From positions 19,962 through 83,961 of the forward strand of contig RHPI01000385.1 of assembly GCA_009103225.1 (NCBI GenBank): a stretch of 64,000 nt of DNA, read 5' to 3'. The stretch comes from Chlorokybus atmophyticus (taxonomy: Eukaryota > Plantae > Mesostigma and Chlorokybus algae). Position numbers and translations under genes: made by a program. The notes below the pieces were generated by a model that was given only the letters and a program-made list of their open reading frames with translations, was not told where the DNA came from and ran no database searches. Of the stretch, positions 50,249 to 61,000 are shown one piece after another (the first letter of the stretch is position 1; each line of letters starts with the position of its first letter).

Positions 50249-52137
50249 CGTCGTGGCCCTCCCTGGTGCCGGCGGTGGCGGCGGCGGTGGGGCTGTTGCC
50301 GCGGGTGGCAGGCACGCAGCAGCGGGCACCCAGCGTGGGCGTGTGGGGTGCACACAACCACACTCGGTTGCTGCTTACTGTAAGCGGACACCAGGCCTGG
50401 TGGGCTACCAGCACCAGGCCTGGTGGGCTGCTAGGTCTAGACTTGCACTGGGCCGGCTAAGCCTGGTCAAACGAAGTTTTATTTTACATCATCAGCTCCT
50501 GTTGGCATATACTTCTAATGATAGTTTATTCTGACCAACCCTCCTCCTGAGGCTACTCTCTCTCTCTCTCCCGCTTCGCGTTCCCTGCTTGTCTCCTCGA
50601 TCTCCACCGGCCTCCTCCGTCGCCGCCGCCGCAGCGAAAAGGGCGCGTTACTCGCACAAATGGTACCAACAATCTCCGCTGCTGTCGCCGCCGCAGCACA
50701 GCCTGCCCTCTCTCTCATGTGACCCGGACCTAAGTACCTGGACTTACGTGTACTGTAATTAGGGCTCTAGGCCAAGCTGCCCCAATCGGCTCGCGAAGCA
50801 GCATAAGCTCAGTTGAGAAGCCTTATGAGAGCACGGTGCTGCTACAATTTCGTGCTGACGCTCTTGGGTGCGTACATTCAAGCACTGCAGCAACTGTGTA
50901 AGGACCTTACAACATAAGAGGCAACGTAAGAGCAGGCGGGTGTAGCTGTCTATGCACTATATATACAATGTCAGCATAGTTTAGCGGTACAACGGATGGC
51001 TGTAGCACAGCAGGGGCCAGGCAGAGGTACCAGATCACACAAGTGGCAGTACAATGGCATATAATACAAAAAACGCACATCAGTGGATTGCACTGCATGC
51101 ACATGCAATAGGTATGTAGCTATAAGCACAATGCATGGGCAAGCCACTCTCTAGTGCAGTAACCAAGCCATTTACCACAGTCTCACACCATGCACATGCG
51201 TTGCACGCAGTCAATTCCCTCAGGGTTCTTTTGTACACATGCAATAGCCCCGTAGCGCCGTTGCTGTAGTTAGTGCTTGAGGGCAGGCCACTCTCTACTA
51301 CAACGACTAATGTGTCCACCGATGACTCACACTATGCACACACAGTGTAGGTACAAACGGCATGGCAAGCAACAAGCATAAAAACCACGTCAACAAGCTA
51401 GCTAGCAAAGTGGGTTCTTATTGTAGCTACAACATTGTCGTGACTTTACATTCATGTGGTACACTTTTCTTGATTTTGCACGTGATGCTCATAACTAAGA
51501 TCATACCAGATTTATGATGATATCTACTCATTTACAAACATCTCGTTTATTTTCACAAGCAAATGTGCAAACTTTCATAAAAGTTGAGCATGCCAACAAT
51601 GGTATTGCAAACACAATTACACTTGCATATATATGACTGCACCTCCAATGCGTGTTGTAATCATGTACACATTTTTTACTGCACATTTAATGAGCATCAA
51701 TAAGATTATCATTATAATGCCGAGCATGTAAAACCACGCCCTTAATTGTAAATCTGCAAGTCACAATATTTTCATCAGCAGTAGCGTTAATTACGGCATC
51801 GATTATACTCGACTTTTGGTGCAAATATAAAGCAATCATTGAAGCTGCACGTTGGCTTGAGATCCCCATTAATGGAAGGCCTCTTCCAATGTAGATTACT
51901 TATTATGACGCACAACTACATGACTGTTCATTTGCATGTTCATTCAACTCGTTGCCTTATCACACATCTCAATGATTGATACTCCAATATCATCTATGCA
52001 CATCAAGCAATAGCAGTTGTGAGAACCAATCGCGGCACTCATGGCAGCGCAGCAGCCTATGCTCGCCATAACATCTAACTATATAAACGTCCATTCGGGT
52101 TCAATCTAGCGACAACAAAAGTAATAGCAAGTTGCAA

Positions 52138-54043
52138 TCAAGCAACCACACGCGGTGAATTGCAAGTGCTAAGCGCCTTCTCCAACCCGCTATCTACAAC
52201 CGTCCTAATAATATCCACGCCCTCCACAATGCTGATGTCAACCTGCAGACACAAGCATTAAGCACACCAAAGCCATCAACAACACAAGGCGCCTCTCACA
52301 CGCAAACAACGTTGGCGTCATGCCCACGACAACCTCAACACCCAATCAACCGACGACACATCGGTGAAACATCTTTACAACAACAAGTCGTGAACAACAT
52401 CAATGCCAACAACACCAACGACAGGTACAAATAATACCTCTTCTCGCTCGTCCCGTGTGAAAGGTTGCAGCACGTGCACTTCAGTGGGGACGCGTCCCGC
52501 AGGTCGGCCAATGCCGATGCGCAGACGCGGGAAGTCCCGGTTGCCTCCCAGCTGCTCGATGATGCTCTTCATGCCGTTGTGGCCCCCGTGGCCACCCTTC
52601 GCCCTCAACCTGCACGTGAGTCACGATGTTCGTCTCATGTTGTTACGTGTTAAGCAGTTGATCTTTGACCCCTCACCTGACTGCTGCGACCTCCAAGTCC
52701 ATGTCATCGTAGCAGACAAGTATCCTTTCCCTTGCGACTTTGTAATACCTTGACAGCTGGCCGACTGATGTTCCACTGCGTATATCCACATAAGCACAGA
52801 CATAAGCACCCACACATGCACAGTTAGCACACGCACACATATGCACAAAGTATATAGCACACGTGCATGCTCATACGCAAGACAGACAAGTATGCATGCA
52901 AGAAACTGGACCAATCCAGTTTATGTATGCGCGCGCGCAGACACATAGAAAACCTGTATGCGCGTGTGTCAACAATGTTAGAGCAACTCTACCTAAAGCA
53001 ACTCTCTCACCTTCTGTTCATGTACGTTTGGGGCTTGACGATCATGACTGGGTGGCCACGCACCCTCCCCCGCCCCACGAGCGCGTTATACCGCGACTCG
53101 GCCACCGCCACGCCCTCCGAGCGCGCCAGGGCGTCCACTAAGTCGAAACCGACGTTGTGGCGCGTATTTGCGTACTGCTTGCCTGAGGAGGCAGGAATTG
53201 AGACCACAGGCGTGCGTGAATGCGTGGGTGTGTGCGGTCGAAGTCAAATGCGCGGACGGGCAACCATTCATGTGGGTGCGACTGTGCACGTCATTGTGCT
53301 TTATGCTTTGTGCATGTGCTCACACACGCATGCGCATGTGGTTGGATTGTCTGTGTGCAAGGCAATATCCATGTTGCTGAGTTGATAGCTGTACTAGTAC
53401 AAAGGTACAGATGCCAGGAGAAGGCCATACATAATGCGTCAAGAGCATTAGCGCTTTAAAATCTGCCAGCGCGTAACAACACTCAAGCCATTCTCAAGAT
53501 GCACAGCGCACTCGGAAATGCAATATTTCATTGTACGTTCCTGCATTATGTGCTGCATGTTCAGCAACGCTCGGTTCCATTGCTTTTACAAAAAAAGAAT
53601 GCAATGGGTGAACCCGCAAATGCGTTCTATAACTTGGTAGTGGTGCACGCATTGTTCAGCAGCGTCAAACGCACACAACACAACTTTAAACCAATAATGC
53701 CACTTGATAAATGCACCGCAGCCATGCAGCCATGCAGCTCTTCCTCACCAGGGTTGCCCAATCCTACAATCATCCAGGGCCCGGGATCCTTCTTCTCCGT
53801 CGCCTTCTCCTCCCCAAGTTCGACCCTGCCATTGCCATTGGCATGGCTGCTGCTGGGCCCATCTTCGGCGGCGGCGGCGGCGGCGGCGGCGGAGGTGGAG
53901 GTGGACTTACACCTCTGCCGCCTGTGCGGCGTCTTGAACGCCTGCACCCTACCCAAGCCGCGCCTCAACACTGCCGACCGCGGCGACGAAACGAACGCGC
54001 ACACCTCGCCCAACACCGCCGCCGCCGCCGCCACCGTCGCCAT
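52138..54043 (-). CDS. PTH: Organellar (probably plastid) peptidyl-tRNA hydrolase
   Basis: Transit peptide, then WMIVGLGNPG|KQYANTRHNVGF, KPQTYMN, LVCYDDMDL, GGHGGHNGMKSII and FPRLRIGIGRP. Stop at 52138-52140. Confidence 0.93.
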
Positions 54044-54909
54044 TGCGCGACACGTGGATGCCCTGCATGACGCCCACGTGTGTAGCGGCGATATCTGCTG
54101 TAACGTCCACGATATCTGCCAGCTCCGCCCTCAGCTCCAAGCGATATTAACCCGACCCCTCGTTTTCGGCAACAGCAGTGACGTTTTTTCAACCATTCTG
54201 GCGGTGCTTGAAGTTCAAAAACTGTGCGCTTGCCAGCGGCGGTGTGGCATTGGCTTGGTGGTTGCTGCGTCAGAGACTTGAGTGTGAGGTAATATAGCGC
54301 CCACCCAGCCGCTGTCACCTGATGCCACTTCACTCTCCAAACTGCATGCATGCAAAGCACAGCAGGGCGGTGACATCAGTTATTGCTGATGGCTGATTTA
54401 CCCTTTGTACGTGTGCAGGGTGGTGCGTATGCATGCTCAACCGTGCTGAGTTGTGAGCATGAGTGGTCTAGCAAACGCAGCCTGCCGCTTCTCCTCTTGC
54501 TGGCCCATCGCCGCCTCCTCCTCCTCCGCCTCCAATTTATCCACCTCTGGGTACATCAACAGCAGCAGAAGGGTCCCTGCCTTGGCCACAGGTAAGCCTG
54601 GCAATGTGATCTGACTCATTGTGCACAAGCTACGGAACAAAGCTGGCTGTTTTTGTCTCTGCTTGTTGGTCAGATGGCTGAGCTGGCCAATGCTGCTTCC
54701 TGCTGGTGCTTGTTGAGATGCTGCTGCTGCAAGGTGTGAAAGTGACTCACCTGTTGCATTCTTTTATGCATTATAATTGATGGTTGTCTGCTTTTGCTTG
54801 TGTGGGTACAACAGGAGGCAAAAGTGGGAACAGAAAGGGTGCTGCTCGTGCCCTTTGCCAAAACACGAGAAAATCCTCGCACTCGGCAGCAGCGAGAACA
54901 ACCATCGCA

Positions 54910-56459
54910 ATGTCTACATCATCAACCGCTGCGGAGCAGAAATGGGATCCAGAGACGTACATCAAGAACGCCGAGTAAGCAGAAGAAGAAGGCGTGTGCG
55001 CACACATGCACAGAAGCACACCTGCCGCAACGCAGAAACGCACACGCGCATGCATGCAACCACATACACGTACCCCCACACGCACACGCACACGCACAAG
55101 CACATGCACACACACAGGTACAAGCACAGGCACAAGCACGAATGCACGCACGCGAGCACGCACGCACGCATGTATGCATGCATACGCACCGAACAACTGC
55201 ACGCACGCATGCGCACACGCCCCACTTTACCGTGCAGGTACGTGCCTCGTCTGGGTCAGCCGGTACTGGAGCTTCTTTCCCCTCAGCCGTCCGAGCGCAT
55301 CCTCGACCTGGGCTGCGGCGACGGCGCCCTGTCCGTCCTGCTGGCCGCGCGGTGCGCGCAACTCGTCGCAATCGACAGCAGCCCAGAACAGGTGAGAATA
55401 ATCGTCAACGTTACGTCAGCGTGTGGGAAGTGCGCGCACACGTATGCACGCGCAGACACACATGTGCACACATGCGCTGTATGTATACATGTGCATACGT
55501 ACGCGCACGCATACGCACCCACCCCCACCCACCCAACCCCAGGTCGCCGCCGCCCGCGCCCGCGGCCTCGACGCCCACGTGATGGACGGCCACGACCTTC
55601 TCGATAGTACGGTTGGTGAGCTGAGCCCCCCCTTCGACGCTGTGTTCAGCAACGCGGCGCTCCACTGGATGTCGCACGACCCGGACGCCGTGCTGCGGGG
55701 AGTGGCGGGGAGGACGAGGAGCGGGGGACGGTTTGTGGGCGAGATGGGGGGGGAGGGGAACCTGGGAGGGATAAGGTGTGAGGGGGATAGTACGTGTGGG
55801 TGGTGTCTTGATATGCGTGCGTACACACACTTGAGCTCGCAAGCAAGCACACACGCGCGCGCATGTATGTCTGCAGGCCGGCGTTGCACGAGGCTTTGCG
55901 CAAGCGCGGCCTGGATCCCATCGCACTCGATCCGTGGTACTTCCCATCGGTGGAGGAGTACGCAGCAAAGCTCAAAGCTGCCGGCTTCGAGGTAAAGACG
56001 CACGATTAACATAACACACACACGCGCACGCACACGCACACACATGAGCGCTCACGCGCGCTCAGTTGCACGAGTGCTTGCATGCTCCCACGAGCACAAG
56101 GGCATGCACGCCTGTACACATTCACCCACCCCTACACACGCGCACACACCCCCACCCCCACCCCCCGTCTCCCTCCCTCTCAGGTCCGTTCCATCTCCCT
56201 CTTCCCCCGTCCCACTCCCACCCCCGGCGGCCCCCTCGGTCTCCGCTCCTGGCTCGCCATCTTCGCCGCCTGGTTCATCGCCGCTCTGCGCGTGCAAAGC
56301 GATGGCGAGGGTGTGGTGGAGGAGGCGGTGGGCGAGGTGGAGGAGAGGGTGAGGGGGGAGATGTGGGATGGAGAGAAGGGAGAGTGGAGGGTGAAGTACG
56401 TGAGACTGAGATTTGAGGCGGTGAAGAGGGGAGGGGAGGGAGGAGCGGGAGAGGAGTGA
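54910..56459 (+). CDS. Class I SAM-dependent methyltransferase, trans-aconitate-MT-like; 5 exons
   Basis: KWDPETYIKNAE|YVPRLG, ILDLGCGDG, FDAVFSNAALHWM, GGRFVGEMGGEGN, PWYFPSVEEY, FPRPTP, YVRLRFEA. Confidence 0.9.
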
Positions 56460-57046
56460 AGGGTTGGATGAGGGGGAGTGAGTGGGTGGGTGGGTGGGTG
56501 GGTGTGTGGGTGGGCATGTGCATGGCAATTACACAAACACGGCGAATGCTTTGGGCGGTAACATGCATATGCTATGTTGCAAAATCGCACCCGTAGCATG
56601 TGTATGTCTTGTTGCATTTCTGTTGGCTTCATCCCTGATCTCACATTATCTTCATAGACTTTTCCTGTGCTAGAAGTCTCTTGTCTTCGTCTGATTTAAG
56701 CTGCTGTTGTCCACGAGCGTTGGGGGGTGTTATGTCCGGACGTTGTATGCCGCGCACACAGGCAGATCGACGGTATATACCTTGTGTACATTCATGCAAT
56801 GACCGTGCCACAGTTGATTGTGTTCAGGCTCATGACGCAAGTTGGAAGTGTCTGTGTTGGTACTGCACAGGACGCGCTGCGTGCTTCGATAGACATGTGG
56901 TGCAGTTCACGTGTCCAGCATGCAGCAACACATGCCAGTTTTGGTAGAACGCTAATCGAGCAGTACATACAAGGCACACAACAGATGTACAAAGGGGACG
57001 GATTGTGCAGACAAGTAGGGGGCAATGCCCTAAGCCCTCGGCGCGT

Positions 57047-59412
57047 TTATGCCTGCACAAGCCGGTCGGTCCTTTTTCGCAGTGCGCCCACTGTGGTGCG
57101 AAGCAGCGGATACGCCTGCACAGAAGTGACAAACAAGGAGTTGGTCATCTTTTCACAAGCGCGTGTCACACGCGCCTGCATGTGCGCACGCAGACAGCAC
57201 ACATGCCTTGTAATGCGAGAACACGTCGCGACGCGTCTGCCGCAGCATCTCCTTCACGCTCTCGTGCCGTGCCAACCCTACGTACATACCCCCACACATG
57301 TCGCGCACCGATACACAACTCACACCAACACGTTTGTTTGTATCAGTTTTGGTAAATGATGCTAGGTGGCTTTGTCCATGCAGTGCGTACCTATCAGCCT
57401 CTGCAACTCTTCCATGTCCCGCATGATGTCCATGGAGGGTTGCATCAGCTCAAATGACAGTGACTCGTACCTGATGAGTCGCAGAGATACACGAGAGTTA
57501 GAGATGTAGGGTGATGATCATAATGGGTGGGGAGGTGCTTGCGCATGATACGTGACATGAGAATGGTTGGGTTTACCAGCGCACTAGGTGCCAGACGCCG
57601 TCTTTGGAGAAGTCGGTTGCCTCCAACGCTACCACTGCATCATCGCCAAAATCCTGCGTAAAGCCAACCGTGGTGAGTGCAGCGCGCAAGCATGTCTTTA
57701 TGTTTGCCCACGCACACGCACACATGTGCAGACATACACTCTCTCAAACTCACAAAGTGGTGGAGGCGGCGCGCGAGGAGGTTGAACAGCAGCGCTCCAC
57801 ATCGCCTGCCACGAAACTCCTCCGCCACTTGCTTGGCATACGAAACCAACCGTCAGTCACAAACATTCTCATTACACACATATCTTATGTGCACCCACTG
57901 ATGCTGCTGCATTCAATCCTCCTCACCACGTGTCGCACGAACACAGTCTTCAAATCTGATGTGGACTCATCCTCTTTCTCCCCCTCTCTTACAGCAAAGT
58001 ATGCGGGCGCTCCAGGCTTCCACAGCAGCCGCCCAACATGCAACTCCCTCCCTACCAACCAACCAATTCGTGTCATGAACCAACGAACTCATTTTTTGAG
58101 TCAGCATCAGTCATCAACGATGATGATGTGTTGCTCTTGCCGTTGTGTGAGGGCACGCGGGCCTCGATCTCAAAGTAGGTTTGCGGGGCGCTTCTGTGTC
58201 GGGTGTCATGATGCTGGTTGTGCTGGTTGTGCTGGCTGCCGGCATCGCTGGCATCGCTGCCGTCGTTGTTGTTGTTGCTGCTGCTGCAGCTGCTGCTGCT
58301 GCTGTCATGATATTCAGCAGCAGCAGCAGCAGCAGCATCACCACAAGTGTCCGTATGTTGGATGGAGTACGTGGCGCCGGCCACAGTGACTACCACGCAA
58401 GCAGCAAGGAGACAAATACAGTCACAATAGTAACGATTACTTGCTGGTGAGTGGGACACAAGTGGGACGGATGTTTCTGAAATTCATGACTTTGAGGCAT
58501 TTACTTCAAACATACCTGTTGTCGAGGACGGTTGAGTGTAGATGTGAGCTGATGTGTCCTGCTCAAGGAGGGGATTGTTTGAAACTGCTGGTAGTAAATG
58601 TTGTGGCGTGCATTGCACAACCACTTTCAAATGTGTGTTATGCCAGCGCGAAGTATGACACACCCATGCTCAAGCACACGTGCGCACATGCACACATACA
58701 CACTACTCGGGCAGCGCACTGCCGAGCATGTACGCATACACACCTCTTGCTGCTGTTGTTTCAGGGCGGCTTGCTGCTGCTGCTGGGCGATGCGCAGCTT
58801 GCGGAGGCCGTAAGGCTCGCACGAGTCGTAGTAATCCACACCTGATACAGTTGTACCACACAGTTGCGATGTTATGCATGCAACACAGGACATTGGCAGT
58901 ACATGTATCGCAGCAGGCGTAGTCGCAGCAGGCGTATTGCGTGGACGTACACGCATGCATGCAACAAGGGGCAAGAGAACGACCACACAAAACCGTGCTA
59001 CACAAAACAAGGCACAGAATTCGTGCACAGCTTGCATTCCATGTCTGAAAAGTTCAATTGTTTGTCTGTGTGTTATAGCAAGCTACCTACACTAGACTAC
59101 AACTTTGTCACAACGCACGTGCGTGCATGCATGCAGAGTTAAGGCCCCCTTGCCTGCGCCCCTCTCGCTGCTGTGGCTGGATCTGGTCTCGCCACCCCCT
59201 CCGCCTTCATCACAACAGCACACCGTTAACCCTCTGCAGTCAGTGCCGCTGCCCTGCCGCCGCCGCCGCTGCCAAGACCAGGCCAGCGTTTGCGGCTTGA
59301 GGAGAGAGGGGGCGGAGGGGGCATTGGAGCAGAGATTGGAGGAGGAGGAGAGGGAGGAGTGGGGGGCTTGGCAAGGATGTGGCAGGGAGAGGTAGGAGGC
59401 GGTCAGCTGCAT
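57047..59412 (-). CDS. GNAT-family N-acetyltransferase-like protein, possibly plastid-targeted; middle exons uncertain
   Basis: Spliced motif A FVRHVQVAEEFRGRRCGALLF and motif B HLVRWYESLSF. The first exon is Ser/Pro-rich. The last exon ends RLVQA* at 57047. Confidence 0.6.
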
Positions 59413-60269
59413 GTCGGTTGCCGCCGCCGCCGTCGCTGGCCCAGGTGGTGCAGCAACAGGCGACACTTTCGTCACAGCTTTGGGCGCTGCATGTCAATGG
59501 CTTCGTGCAAATTTGCCCCCGTTAAAAATCACATTGGTTACACACTGTGTTTAACACTATCACTATCCAACACTATCCAACACAATGTGTATCACTGAAG
59601 CCTATAGTGACACACACACGTGCCATGTGAAGTGGAGGTTACACACTGGAGAAGCATTGTCAACCAAGCACATCATGGGCAGTACCCTTGTGAAGGCATG
59701 TGAGGTAGGTTGATCGTCACACGTTATATCACGTACAGTATAAGCTGCTTGTTGCTTGGCATGCTTTGCATCAGCCTTTTAGATAAGCCTATAAACGTGG
59801 CATTGTACAGTCTCAATGCACTTGTAAGAAGTTAAAGAGTTGGTCAACAACAACCATTGTAAGTCAAACCTTCTGGAAACTCTTGTAACCATGGCTTGTA
59901 CATTAATGAGCAATTGCTCACTACTTAAGCAAGTAAGCTTAAGGCATTTAATCTATCTTACAAATACGTGTGCATCTTAAGGAAGGCTCCAGAAATGGAG
60001 TGTTGGGGACGGTCATTGAAGGGGGTGACAAGACAAAAGCGCTACAAGAGTTTGGCAAAACATTTTAAGTACTTGTTGCTGTTGTTGTTGTTAGCAACAC
60101 CCCAATAGTTTTACACAAATTGAACTTGGTGTAAGCTGGTCTTAGTCTTGAGTCTTGTATATTGTCTTATAAAACTCCATGTACTTATGGTTATGTGCTG
60201 CACTCGTATAATTGAGTGCAGCACATAAAAGTTTAAAGAAATAAGTACCGCACAAATCAAGAGTGCCTT

Positions 60270-60985
60270 TATGTGAACTCTGCTCAAACTGTACAGTGAT
60301 GGCTCAGTGCAGCCCCCACCTCCACTTGAGGATGGCCTTGAGTATGAGGTTGAGGCACTGTACTGAGGCACTGTACTGCAGAAGCGGTTTATCAAGTACA
60401 AGAAGTTTGTCACGACCGAGTCCTCAATCAAGTGGCAGGGTTATGGCGAGGAACATAACACCTGGGAGCCTGTTGCTAACATGATTAGTCGTGCAGACAT
60501 GGTAGCGGAGTTTAAGAATGAACGCCAACCTACAGGGGCCACCGAGGAGCATCACAAGTGTGAGCTCTGGTGACAAGCATTTCCTTGGCTGCCATTAATT
60601 AGCGCGCAATTCATAATGGTTTGTACTCCCCCCCCGTGACTTGCAACAATTTTACGGGTGGTGAGCAAATTAAACAGCTGGGTTTGGCCACCCAAGTTTG
60701 CATAAAGTGTTCAGACAAGTGTCCATCAGTTTGCATCGAGGATTTGCAATGCAAGTGGGGAGGAGTGTCACGCCTGCAAGGCAAGGCACTTCTCTCCCGT
60801 GACACTACTTGCTATAGTATAGCTTGCCCAAAAGGTTGCGGTTGTCTTTCCGCCGCCTAGGTGTGAGTACAACGCATGCTGGGTGGCGGTTTGCAACCTG
60901 CCTCTGAGCTTAAGGGCCTTAGGCGAGAATTGAGAGGAGCCAGCACATGGCCAATCAGTACGCAGTCACATGCTGTGATGTGACA
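60270..60985 (+). mobile_element. Chromovirus (Ty3/gypsy) 3' remnant: chromodomain, PPT and 220-bp LTR
   Basis: DGSVQPPPPLEDGLEYEVE...IKWQGYGEEHNTWEP. PPT AAGTGGGGAGGAG (60753-60765) is followed by TGTCAC...GTGACA (60766-60985), which has perfect 6-bp inverted termini. Confidence 0.72.
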
Positions 60986-61000
60986 TGCTATGTTGCCTCC

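Noticed and set aside
38085-54043. YbaK and Pth as a tRNA quality-control cluster
   Set aside because: They are 12 kb apart with unrelated genes between, and probably act in different compartments.
60627-60640. C run as the PPT of a third LTR element
   Set aside because: It is not followed by a TG LTR start on the minus strand.
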